Below are positions 1 through 10,824 of a DNA stretch of 64,000 nucleotides, one piece after another. The translations under genes were made by a program, and so were the position numbers. This stretch comes from Chloroflexota bacterium (lineage in GTDB: Bacteria > Chloroflexota > UBA11872 > VXNJ01), in assembly GCA_965261345.1 (NCBI GenBank), contig OZ253449.1, positions 32,001-96,000 of the forward strand, written 5' to 3'. Below the pieces are notes generated by a model. It was not told where the DNA came from, searched no databases, and worked only from the letters and a program-made list of their open reading frames with translations. Position 1 is the first letter of the stretch; each line of letters begins with the position of its first letter.

Positions 1-13
1 AGGCGGCCTGACC

Positions 14-1102
14 ATGATGACAGAGTGTAATCAGCAGCAGCTCCAGTTCTGGGGACTTGGCCGCCGCCGGATAACGGCCAAGTTCGATGGCGGTCACCTG
101 ACCTCCGATGGTGGTGGGTTGCTGTTGCGGGAAGTGGATCAGCGCATCGGCCTGCTCTCGCGTCTGGCGGGCTGCTTTAGCGACCACCGTAGCCCATCGG
201 CAATAGAGCACAGCGTTGCAGACCTTATCGCCCAGCGCGTCTACGCCCTGGCGCTGGGCTACGAAGACCTAAACGACCACAACGCGCTGCGCTGCGATCC
301 CGCCCTGGCGCTCATGGTGGGCAAGCGTGACCTTACCGGTCAGGACCGGCGGCGCCTGCGCGATAAGGGCAAGCCGCTGGCCTCGGCCAGCGCTCTTAAC
401 CGCCTCGAGCTATCGCGTCCCGATAAGGCGCAGCAGGACCGCTACCGCAAGATCGCGGCTAACTTCTCCGGGATGGACGAGCTGCTCTGCGATCTCTTTC
501 TGGAGGCGCACCAGCATCCTCCCCGGCAGATAGTCCTCGACCTTGACGCCACTTAACGATCCCCTGCACGGGGATCAGGAGGGACGCTTCTTCCACGGCT
601 ACTACCGCTCCTACTGCTACCTTCCGCTGTACGTGTTCGGCGGCGAACACCTGCTGCTGGCAAGGCTGCGTCCGGCCGACCGCGATCCCGGTGCCGGGGT
701 GGTGGCAGAACTCTCGCCGCTGATCGATCGGATCAGATCGGCCTGGCCGGATACCCGTATCATCCTGCGCGCCGATTCGGGCTTTGCCCGCGATCAGACC
801 ATGACCTGGTGCGATAACAACGGTATCTACTATGTCTTCGGTCTGGCCCGCAATAAACGCCTGCAGCTGCTGCTGGGGAGAGCGCTGGCAAAGTCGCGGC
901 GGCGCTATAGCGCAACCGGCAAGGCCTCACGGCGCTTTCGGCAGTTTCGTTACCGCACCATCAGTTCCTGGTCCAGGCGGCGGCGCGTGGTCGGTAAGGC
1001 CGAGCACCTGCCCAAGGGTCCCAATCCCAGATTCTTAGTCACCAACCTGCCCTCCTCCCGTATCGGCAAGCAGGCCCTCTACGAGCAGCTCTACTGTCCG
1101 CG
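14..1102 (+). pseudogene. IS1380-family transposase A, N-terminal part (frameshift near 545-556; interrupted at YCPR by the LSR element)
   Basis: Motifs FDGGxLTSDGG, GYEDLNDH, IVLDLDAT/DPLHGDQEGRFFHGYY, RADSGF, VVGKAE..NPRF; ends YEQLYCPR at the element junction. Confidence 0.92.
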
Positions 1103-1105
1103 GGA

Positions 1106-3172
1106 TCAGGTTGCATACTGCGCCTCATTGCTAACTTGCGACAGTTCGTCGGCGGTCCCCCCGGCGGCATGAGATGAACCGGCCCCGCCCGGCGGCCATT
1201 CGTAAAGACGCACGCCCTTGTCGTCGGCCAGATGGCCCACCAGCAGCCCGCGCCGCCGCCGGTCGCGGACTCCGCTCTCAGATATCCCAAGCCGCCCGGC
1301 GACCTCGTACACGCTAAGCAGGCCCCGATCGCGCAAACGCTGGTAGCGCGTGCGCAGCCCGTGGGCGTAGATCATGGCCTGCACGGCGGTGCGGGTGTAG
1401 CGCGCGCCCCGCGGCGGGCGGTGATCGCGCTGCCGCAGGATCTCCACGATCGCGCCGATCGTGTGGCCTTCAAGCGCTTCGTCGACCAGGGCGACGGTCT
1501 CGACCGGGGTGCGGTACAGCTGGGCGCCCGACATCGGCAGGGGCGCGGTCAGCTCGCGGGCGACCCCGCCGCGCAGACGCACTCCCAGCCTGATCTCCTC
1601 CTGGCCCCTTGACACCGTAACGTCCTCGACCAGCAGCCGCAGCATGCGCTTGCGCTCCCGGGCCGGGGTCCCGGGATCGTTCCACACCCTGGGGAAGTTG
1701 GTCGCAAGTTCGGCGATCCGCCGCTGCTGCTGACTGTCGAACCGTTGCCGATCCTGCTCGCGCCGGCGCTCGTACTCAGCGCCCGCCTGCTCGAGGCGCT
1801 GCAGGCAGGCGTTCCACTCGGCCTCCAGCACGTCGGCGACCATGCGGTTGTGCGGATCGGCCAATCGGTAGCGGCGGCCGGCCAGATCGGCCGCCTCGCG
1901 GACGCGCTGCACGGCCCGGGACCGCAGGCCGTCGGCCTCCCTGAGGCGGCGCTCCAGTTCGTCCTGTACGCCAAGCGCCAGTTGCAGTACCTGCGGAGTC
2001 ATCAGTTCGAGAGCCAGATCGGCTACGGCCCGGTCGATCCCCGCGCCGGCAATCGAGAGGCAGATCGGTCTGGCGTTGGCGATCCCGTCGCGGTGACATA
2101 CGTAGCGGGGCCTGGTGCGGGAGCCGTCGTAGCGCGTCTGCAGGTGGTTCCCGCATTTCCCGCAGATGGCCACCCCCTGCAGAAGGGCCGTCCCCTCGCG
2201 CGCCGGTCCCTGGCGGCGGTCGGCGCCATGGGCCCTGGCCGAGCGCGCCAGCTGGGCCTGGTTGGCCTCGAATCGCTCCCAGGAAATGTAGCCGGGATGG
2301 TGGTCCTTGATCAGGGCGATCCACTCGCTGCGCGGCGCCTTGGCTGACCGGCGGCTGCCGCCGCGCCGCCGCCGCTGGGTGCGTCCGTAGGCGTAAACCC
2401 CGGCGTAACCGGGGTTGTGCAGGATCGACAGCGCACGGCCGTGATCGAGATTGTTCCAGAAGAGTTCGCCCTTGCCCGGGCCCTTGCGGGACCGCAGCGG
2501 GATCAGCAGACCGTTCGCATTAAAGTACGCCACCACAGCCCGCGCCGAGCCGCTGCGCTGGAAGACGTCAAAGAACGTGCGCAGGGTCTCCTGCACCTGG
2601 GCGTCGGGGTCCGGCACCCAGCGGTCGAGAGGGTCGTAGCAGTATCCCACCGGCAGCGCGATCTTGAGCTCGCCGCGCCGCGCCTTGGCCAGAAGTCCAC
2701 CCCGCAGACGGGACTTCATAACGTGCAGCTCGGCTTCCGACATCGTGCCCTTCAGGCCCAGCAGCAGGCGGTCGTTGAAGCTGGACGGATCATATATCCC
2801 ATCCTCGTCCAGGATCAGGGTGTCCGACTGCGCGCACAGCTCCAGCAGGCGCTGCCAGTCGGCGTTATTGCGCGCCAGGCGCGAGACTTCCAGCCCCAGC
2901 ACCATCCCGACGTTGCCCAGGGACACCTCGGTAACCAGGCGTCGGAAGCCTTCGCGGTCCGAGTCGGCCCCCGAACGCCCAAGGTCGGAGTCAATCACGC
3001 ATATCCGGTCGGCATCCCAGCCCAGGGAGATGGCCCGACCCCGCAGGTCGTACTGGCGGCGGGTGCTCTCGCCATGCTCTACCACCTGCCGCAGGCTGGA
3101 CTGGCGCACGTACAGGTACGCCATGCGGTCGAGGTGGTCGGCGGTCACCTTGCCGCGGGTCTGATCGGTCAT
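1106..3172 (-). CDS. Large serine recombinase (resolvase, recombinase and zinc-ribbon domains, C-terminal HTH), 688 aa
   Basis: YVRQSS catalytic motif, DLGRSG, EVSRLARN, ILHNPGYAG, HHPGYISWE, CGKCG...YVC. Confidence 0.95.
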   Translation of the reverse strand: MTDQTRGKVTADHLDRMAYLYVRQSSLRQVVEHGESTRRQYDLRGRAISLGWDADRICVIDSDLGRSGADSDREGFRRLVTEVSLGNVGMVLGLEVSRLARNNADWQRLLELCAQSDTLILDEDGIYDPSSFNDRLLLGLKGTMSEAELHVMKSRLRGGLLAKARRGELKIALPVGYCYDPLDRWVPDPDAQVQETLRTFFDVFQRSGSARAVVAYFNANGLLIPLRSRKGPGKGELFWNNLDHGRALSILHNPGYAGVYAYGRTQRRRRGGSRRSAKAPRSEWIALIKDHHPGYISWERFEANQAQLARSARAHGADRRQGPAREGTALLQGVAICGKCGNHLQTRYDGSRTRPRYVCHRDGIANARPICLSIAGAGIDRAVADLALELMTPQVLQLALGVQDELERRLREADGLRSRAVQRVREAADLAGRRYRLADPHNRMVADVLEAEWNACLQRLEQAGAEYERRREQDRQRFDSQQQRRIAELATNFPRVWNDPGTPARERKRMLRLLVEDVTVSRGQEEIRLGVRLRGGVARELTAPLPMSGAQLYRTPVETVALVDEALEGHTIGAIVEILRQRDHRPPRGARYTRTAVQAMIYAHGLRTRYQRLRDRGLLSVYEVAGRLGISESGVRDRRRRGLLVGHLADDKGVRLYEWPPGGAGSSHAAGGTADELSQVSNEAQYAT

Positions 3173-3439
3173 CGGACCGCCCCGACCGGGGCGCGGTCAC
3201 CAGTTCCAGCAGGACGTCCACGATCTCCGCCGCAGCGCCCGGCGGCGCCGCCACCGGGTCCCGGCGGAGGGTCGGTTCGCAGCCGTCGTTGGCAAGCAGG
3301 GCCGCCAGTCCGCCCCGGCCCACCTGCTCCATCCGGCGCCAGTCGGCGGCCCCGTCGGGCCATAGCGCCTGGCGCCGCAGGCGCTCGTAGGTCGCGGTCG
3401 CGGTGGTTGGGGCAGCGCCCGGATCCAGATCCGGGCGGG

Positions 3440-3892
3440 TTAATTTTTTGCCCGCCGCAGCGCCCGCTCGATGCTGCGCCTATGCACCGACAGGCCGAAG
3501 CGCTCCTCGACCATCCCGACCAGGCGCCGCGACCCGATCCCGGGCCGCTCGGCCCGCACCGCCAACAGGTACTCCATGATCTCGGGCCCCAGCTTGCGGG
3601 CATGGCGCGGACCGGGGCGCTCGGATACAAGGCCGGCCAGGCCGCGCTCGGCGAACGCCCGCCTGGCCTTGTACCAGGTGGGGCGGGTGAACCCGAAGGT
3701 CCTGGCGCTCTGGGCGATCGACATCCCGTCGCGGCAGACCCGGCTAAGCATCTCGTAGCGCACCTGCACCAGGTCACAGGGGTCGAAGAAGGGATGCTCG
3801 CAGAAGAGATCGTCGCGCACCCGTTCCGGGTGGGGGTTGAGCGCCCCGCTGCGCCGCAGGACCTCCTGCTTGCTCTCGCCATCGGTCGCCAT
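3440..3892 (-). CDS. HTH DNA-binding protein of the LSR element (probable start MATDGESK)
   Basis: FFDPCDLVQVRYEML, HTH-like SIAQSARTFGFTRPTWY, GPRHARKL; GGAGGA RBS before the ATG. Confidence 0.8.
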   Translation of the reverse strand: MATDGESKQEVLRRSGALNPHPERVRDDLFCEHPFFDPCDLVQVRYEMLSRVCRDGMSIAQSARTFGFTRPTWYKARRAFAERGLAGLVSERPGPRHARKLGPEIMEYLLAVRAERPGIGSRRLVGMVEERFGLSVHRRSIERALRRAKN

Positions 3893-4082
3893 CGCAGTCC
3901 TCCATGCGGGCAATATGCAAATCCATTGTTGCCCCATCCATCGGATCTGTCAACGCCCTGACGGCCCTTTGGTCGGCACCGTTCGGCCTCCGCAATGCGT
4001 ACTACCATCTGTAGCAACATCCTGTTAATCGCAGTCAGGATGTAGGCTACGGTCGTAATTACGTTTACAGTGGCGGCTCCAA

Positions 4083-4393
4083 TCACTTTACGTCTCCAGC
4101 ATCTTTGGCAAGGCTCTCGACAAACTCGGCAAGCTCCAGCAGATCCCGGGCCCGGAACGGCGATCGGCCCCCGGCGGCGACAACGAACGGGTCCCGGGGC
4201 AGGTAGTCGGTAAATCCGACCGGGAAGGTGACGACGCGGCGGTCCCCGTCGTGGCAGAAGATCCTCTCCCGGCCCCAGCCGGCGGCGACGTTAATGACCC
4301 GGTAGCGCCTGCCGTACAAGGGGTGGTAGGGGTGGATTACGCGGATGCTGACTGTGGCGGGACGTATATCACCCGCAGTTGACGGGGTGGACC
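4083..4393 (-). CDS. DUF5372/Y4bD-like small protein, lacking a start in the integrated state
   Basis: IRVIHPYHPLYG...WGRERIF...DPFV..AGGRSPFR..DLLELA; frame open to the element end. Confidence 0.7.
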
Positions 4394-4726
4394 CGCGGCG
4401 AGATGGAGAACCGCATCAAGGAGATGCAGCTGGCGCTGTTTTCCGACCGCACCAGCGCGGCCACCATTTCGGCCAACCAGCTGCGGCTGTATTTCTCCGG
4501 GTTCGCCTACCTGCTGCTCTATGGGCTGCGGCGACTGGGACTTAGCGGAACCGGTGATGCCCGCCTGCGCTGCGACACGCTGCGGCTACGGTTTCTCAAG
4601 ATTGCCGGCCGCCTGCGGATAACCCATCGCTGCATATGGTTGTCTCTGCCCACGGCCTATCCCTGGCAGAGGGACTTTGCCAGGATGCTGGCCAACCTGG
4701 CCAAGATCCCCATCCACCATATGTAG
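4394..4726 (+). pseudogene. IS1380 transposase A, C-terminal part
   Basis: RGEMENRIKEMQLALFSDRTS..ANQLRLYFS..LRLRFLKIA. Confidence 0.92.
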
Positions 4727-4926
4727 CCGGGGTAACTTGCGGCGCTTTCGGATAGGCCGGTGGCCAGGATCCCTGCCACCGCTGGGCGCAGAACCGATTC
4801 GGGCGCGCCCACGGTAGCCGATCGACCTCATTGGATGCGGATCGGCGGGCGGAGGCGGCCGCAATGGACGCGGCAAGATGGTTGGTGGCGGGAAATCAGT
4901 CTGAATTGGACCGATCAGCCGGGCCG

Positions 4927-4958
4927 GTGAAATATGCGGGCTAGCCCACACTTTGCAC
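4927..4958. repeat. Abutting right ends of two IS1380 elements around CTAG
   Basis: GTGAAATATGCGGG-CTAG-CCCACACTTTGCAC; the second arm reads GTGCAAAGTGTGGG on the minus strand. Confidence 0.6.
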
Positions 4959-5154
4959 GGACCCGTTCAACCGGCCGCTATCGGCCGCCAATTTCGGTTA
5001 TCGGTTGCAGCCTGACCGGCTGACGCTCGCCTGACCGGCTCCCCCGCCTCCACTGTAAGCCGTTTGTAGGGTGATGGCCGGGCATTGGGCCCGGCTTCGC
5101 CGGGGATCTGAGCGCTTTACGCTGATCGCTGCGGGGCCGGCGCCGGCCCCGCGC

Positions 5155-5538
5155 TCAGGCTCCCGGGGCGCGCGCCTTTATCGGGGTCCGGCGCATGAGC
5201 CGGGCCAGTATTTGCGCGAACTCGTCCTGGTACGGATAGGCGGAAGAGAACTCCAGCAGGATCCGGCGGGTGCTCTGCCTTACCCGCACCGCCACCTTCA
5301 GGTAGCGCCGGCGGATGGTTCCCGCCAGCGGCCGCGGCGACGGGGTCAGTCGATCGGGCTCGCGATCCTGCCCGGCCGCGGCGGGATCGTCTATTCCCAG
5401 TCGCCGCAGGGCGGAGCAGAGCACGTAGGCAAGACCGGAGAAGTAGAGCCTGAGCTGGTTGGCCATGAACCTTGAGGCGCTGGCGCGGTCGGCATGGAGC
5501 TGCAACTGCTCGTAGATCCGGTTTTCGCAATCGCCACG
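5155..5538 (-). pseudogene. IS1380 transposase B, C-terminal part
   Basis: RGDCENRIYEQLQLHADRASASRFMANQLRLYFS. Confidence 0.9.
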
Positions 5539-5849
5539 GGTCCACCCCGTCAACTGCGGGTGATATACGTCCCGCCACAGTCAGCATCCGCGTAATCCAC
5601 CCCTACCACCCCTTGTACGGCAGGCGCTACCGGGTCATTAACGTCGCCGCCGGCTGGGGCCGGGAGAGGATCTTCTGCCACGACGGGGACCGCCGCGTCG
5701 TCACCTTCCCGGTCGGATTTACCGACTACCTGCCCCGGGACCCGTTCGTTGTCGCCGCCGGGGGCCGATCGCCGTTCCGGGCCCGGGATCTGCTGGAGCT
5801 TGCCGAGTTTGTCGAGAGCCTTGCCAAAGATGCTGGAGACGTAAAGTGA
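5539..5849 (+). CDS. DUF5372/Y4bD-like protein, lacking a start in the integrated state (copy 2)
   Basis: Identical to copy 1; ATG at 8816 joins this frame in the circular form. Confidence 0.7.
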
Positions 5850-5978
5850 TTGGAGCCGCCACTGTAAACGTAATTACGACCGTAGCCTACATCCTGACTG
5901 CGATTAACAGGATGTTGCTACAGATGGTAGTACGCATTGCGGAGGCCGAACGGTGCCGACCAAAGGGCCGTCAGGGCG

Positions 5979-6007
5979 TTGACAGATCCGATGGATGGGG
6001 CAACAAT
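5979..6007 (+). promoter_or_regulatory. Putative sigma70 promoter for the HTH-LSR operon (mirror at 3925-3953)
   Basis: TTGACA-17 bp-AACAAT upstream of GGAGGA RBS and ATG 6040. Confidence 0.5.
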
Positions 6008-6039
6008 GGATTTGCATATTGCCCGCATGGAGGACTGCG

Positions 6040-6492
6040 ATGGCGACCGATGGCGAGAGCAAGCAGGAGGTCCTGCGGCGCAGCGGGGCGCTCAACCCCC
6101 ACCCGGAACGGGTGCGCGACGATCTCTTCTGCGAGCATCCCTTCTTCGACCCCTGTGACCTGGTGCAGGTGCGCTACGAGATGCTTAGCCGGGTCTGCCG
6201 CGACGGGATGTCGATCGCCCAGAGCGCCAGGACCTTCGGGTTCACCCGCCCCACCTGGTACAAGGCCAGGCGGGCGTTCGCCGAGCGCGGCCTGGCCGGC
6301 CTTGTATCCGAGCGCCCCGGTCCGCGCCATGCCCGCAAGCTGGGGCCCGAGATCATGGAGTACCTGTTGGCGGTGCGGGCCGAGCGGCCCGGGATCGGGT
6401 CGCGGCGCCTGGTCGGGATGGTCGAGGAGCGCTTCGGCCTGTCGGTGCATAGGCGCAGCATCGAGCGGGCGCTGCGGCGGGCAAAAAATTAA
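6040..6492 (+). CDS. HTH protein of the LSR element (copy 2)
   Basis: Identical to 3440-3892. Confidence 0.8.
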   Translation: MATDGESKQEVLRRSGALNPHPERVRDDLFCEHPFFDPCDLVQVRYEMLSRVCRDGMSIAQSARTFGFTRPTWYKARRAFAERGLAGLVSERPGPRHARKLGPEIMEYLLAVRAERPGIGSRRLVGMVEERFGLSVHRRSIERALRRAKN

Positions 6493-6516
6493 CCCGCCCG
6501 GATCTGGATCCGGGCG
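6483..6516 (+). promoter_or_regulatory. Putative -1 programmed frameshift signal (mirror at 3416-3449)
   Basis: A_AAA_AAT heptamer, 5-nt spacer, hairpin CGCCCGGATC-TG-GATCCGGGCG; -1 frame open into ORF 6600-6941. Confidence 0.6.
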
Positions 6517-6759
6517 CTGCCCCAACCACCGCGACCGCGACCTACGAGCGCCTGCGGCGCCAGGCGCTATGGCCCGACGGGGCCGCCGACTGGCGCCGGA
6601 TGGAGCAGGTGGGCCGGGGCGGACTGGCGGCCCTGCTTGCCAACGACGGCTGCGAACCGACCCTCCGCCGGGACCCGGTGGCGGCGCCGCCGGGCGCTGC
6701 GGCGGAGATCGTGGACGTCCTGCTGGAACTGGTGACCGCGCCCCGGTCGGGGCGGTCCG

Positions 6760-8826
6760 ATGACCGATCAGACCCGCGGCAAGGTGACCGCCGACCACCT
6801 CGACCGCATGGCGTACCTGTACGTGCGCCAGTCCAGCCTGCGGCAGGTGGTAGAGCATGGCGAGAGCACCCGCCGCCAGTACGACCTGCGGGGTCGGGCC
6901 ATCTCCCTGGGCTGGGATGCCGACCGGATATGCGTGATTGACTCCGACCTTGGGCGTTCGGGGGCCGACTCGGACCGCGAAGGCTTCCGACGCCTGGTTA
7001 CCGAGGTGTCCCTGGGCAACGTCGGGATGGTGCTGGGGCTGGAAGTCTCGCGCCTGGCGCGCAATAACGCCGACTGGCAGCGCCTGCTGGAGCTGTGCGC
7101 GCAGTCGGACACCCTGATCCTGGACGAGGATGGGATATATGATCCGTCCAGCTTCAACGACCGCCTGCTGCTGGGCCTGAAGGGCACGATGTCGGAAGCC
7201 GAGCTGCACGTTATGAAGTCCCGTCTGCGGGGTGGACTTCTGGCCAAGGCGCGGCGCGGCGAGCTCAAGATCGCGCTGCCGGTGGGATACTGCTACGACC
7301 CTCTCGACCGCTGGGTGCCGGACCCCGACGCCCAGGTGCAGGAGACCCTGCGCACGTTCTTTGACGTCTTCCAGCGCAGCGGCTCGGCGCGGGCTGTGGT
7401 GGCGTACTTTAATGCGAACGGTCTGCTGATCCCGCTGCGGTCCCGCAAGGGCCCGGGCAAGGGCGAACTCTTCTGGAACAATCTCGATCACGGCCGTGCG
7501 CTGTCGATCCTGCACAACCCCGGTTACGCCGGGGTTTACGCCTACGGACGCACCCAGCGGCGGCGGCGCGGCGGCAGCCGCCGGTCAGCCAAGGCGCCGC
7601 GCAGCGAGTGGATCGCCCTGATCAAGGACCACCATCCCGGCTACATTTCCTGGGAGCGATTCGAGGCCAACCAGGCCCAGCTGGCGCGCTCGGCCAGGGC
7701 CCATGGCGCCGACCGCCGCCAGGGACCGGCGCGCGAGGGGACGGCCCTTCTGCAGGGGGTGGCCATCTGCGGGAAATGCGGGAACCACCTGCAGACGCGC
7801 TACGACGGCTCCCGCACCAGGCCCCGCTACGTATGTCACCGCGACGGGATCGCCAACGCCAGACCGATCTGCCTCTCGATTGCCGGCGCGGGGATCGACC
7901 GGGCCGTAGCCGATCTGGCTCTCGAACTGATGACTCCGCAGGTACTGCAACTGGCGCTTGGCGTACAGGACGAACTGGAGCGCCGCCTCAGGGAGGCCGA
8001 CGGCCTGCGGTCCCGGGCCGTGCAGCGCGTCCGCGAGGCGGCCGATCTGGCCGGCCGCCGCTACCGATTGGCCGATCCGCACAACCGCATGGTCGCCGAC
8101 GTGCTGGAGGCCGAGTGGAACGCCTGCCTGCAGCGCCTCGAGCAGGCGGGCGCTGAGTACGAGCGCCGGCGCGAGCAGGATCGGCAACGGTTCGACAGTC
8201 AGCAGCAGCGGCGGATCGCCGAACTTGCGACCAACTTCCCCAGGGTGTGGAACGATCCCGGGACCCCGGCCCGGGAGCGCAAGCGCATGCTGCGGCTGCT
8301 GGTCGAGGACGTTACGGTGTCAAGGGGCCAGGAGGAGATCAGGCTGGGAGTGCGTCTGCGCGGCGGGGTCGCCCGCGAGCTGACCGCGCCCCTGCCGATG
8401 TCGGGCGCCCAGCTGTACCGCACCCCGGTCGAGACCGTCGCCCTGGTCGACGAAGCGCTTGAAGGCCACACGATCGGCGCGATCGTGGAGATCCTGCGGC
8501 AGCGCGATCACCGCCCGCCGCGGGGCGCGCGCTACACCCGCACCGCCGTGCAGGCCATGATCTACGCCCACGGGCTGCGCACGCGCTACCAGCGTTTGCG
8601 CGATCGGGGCCTGCTTAGCGTGTACGAGGTCGCCGGGCGGCTTGGGATATCTGAGAGCGGAGTCCGCGACCGGCGGCGGCGCGGGCTGCTGGTGGGCCAT
8701 CTGGCCGACGACAAGGGCGTGCGTCTTTACGAATGGCCGCCGGGCGGGGCCGGTTCATCTCATGCCGCCGGGGGGACCGCCGACGAACTGTCGCAAGTTA
8801 GCAATGAGGCGCAGTATGCAACCTGA
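6760..8826 (+). CDS. Large serine recombinase, copy 2
   Basis: Identical 688-aa translation; stop codon lies 3 nt inside the element end. Confidence 0.95.
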   Translation: MTDQTRGKVTADHLDRMAYLYVRQSSLRQVVEHGESTRRQYDLRGRAISLGWDADRICVIDSDLGRSGADSDREGFRRLVTEVSLGNVGMVLGLEVSRLARNNADWQRLLELCAQSDTLILDEDGIYDPSSFNDRLLLGLKGTMSEAELHVMKSRLRGGLLAKARRGELKIALPVGYCYDPLDRWVPDPDAQVQETLRTFFDVFQRSGSARAVVAYFNANGLLIPLRSRKGPGKGELFWNNLDHGRALSILHNPGYAGVYAYGRTQRRRRGGSRRSAKAPRSEWIALIKDHHPGYISWERFEANQAQLARSARAHGADRRQGPAREGTALLQGVAICGKCGNHLQTRYDGSRTRPRYVCHRDGIANARPICLSIAGAGIDRAVADLALELMTPQVLQLALGVQDELERRLREADGLRSRAVQRVREAADLAGRRYRLADPHNRMVADVLEAEWNACLQRLEQAGAEYERRREQDRQRFDSQQQRRIAELATNFPRVWNDPGTPARERKRMLRLLVEDVTVSRGQEEIRLGVRLRGGVARELTAPLPMSGAQLYRTPVETVALVDEALEGHTIGAIVEILRQRDHRPPRGARYTRTAVQAMIYAHGLRTRYQRLRDRGLLSVYEVAGRLGISESGVRDRRRRGLLVGHLADDKGVRLYEWPPGGAGSSHAAGGTADELSQVSNEAQYAT

Positions 8827-8829
8827 TCC

Positions 8830-9464
8830 CGCGGACAGTATTCCAGTTCGTACAGGTCGCGTCCCGCTACCTGCTCGGTCGGCAGGCTGGTTACGACGAA
8901 GCGGGCGTTGGGCCGCGGCGGCCGGGGCGCGCCGTCCCGGCCGGTATGCCCGGGCAGGTACTCGGCCTTGCCCACCACCCGTCGGGTCCTGGACCAGGTC
9001 CCGGCAAGGGTCTGGTGGGTAAAGCCGCGGAAGCGCCGCGAGGGCTCCCCGCTTGCAAGGCAGCGCCGCCGCGAGCGCTCGAGCGGGCGGGCGATCTTTT
9101 TCTCCAGGCGCGGGTTGCGCGCCAGGCCGAAGAGGTAGTCGATCCCCTCCCGTTCGCACCAGGTCATGATCGGATCGCGGCCAAAGCCCGAGTCGCCGCG
9201 CAATACGATCTGCGTTTCGGGCCAGGCGGAGCGGATCTTCTCTACCAGCGGCGCGATCTCGGACACCGCATCCGACCCCGGGGCGCTATCGGAGGGGCGC
9301 AGGCGGCAAAGCAGCAGATGCTCGCCGCAAAACACGTACAGCGGTAGATAGCAATAGGAGTCGTAATACCCGTGGAAGAACCGTCCTTCTTGCTTGCCGT
9401 GCAGCTTCACGTCGGTGGCGTCCACGTCCAGGACGATGCGCGCCGGGGGAGCGGGATGAGATTC
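8830..9464 (-). pseudogene. IS1380 transposase B, central part (N-terminus lost at the IS110 junction)
   Basis: RIVLDVDATDVKLHGKQEGRFFHGYY..RGDSGF..VVGKAEYL..DLYELEYCPR. Confidence 0.9.

Positions 9465-10824
<1,360 letters not shown>

Larger units (their letters stand above)
1101..4395 (-). mobile_element. 3293-bp large serine recombinase integrative element, copy 1 (CG core at 1101-1102 and 4394-4395)
   Basis: Junctions TACTGTCCG-CG-GGATCAGG and GGTGGACC-CG-CGGCGAGATG; removal restores YCPRGEMENRIKE; mirror copy at 5537-8831. Confidence 0.93.
5537..8831 (+). mobile_element. 3293-bp LSR integrative element, copy 2 (CG core at 5537-5538 and 8830-8831)
   Basis: ORF translations identical to copy 1, inverted; removal restores YCPRGDCEN in a different IS1380 transposase. 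Confidence 0.93.

Noticed and set aside
540-560. Programmed frameshift in IS1380 transposase A
   Set aside because: No slippery sequence; looks like a 1-nt insertion (mutation or sequencing error).
2417-4086. Long ORFs of 514 aa (+) and 305 aa (-), and their mirrors
   Set aside because: Shadow frames of the GC-rich LSR/HTH genes, with low-complexity R/P/G/A composition.
1101-8831. Inverted repeat as an assembly artefact or fold-back duplication
   Set aside because: Identity stops exactly at the CG cores, and the flanking IS1380 transposases differ in sequence.
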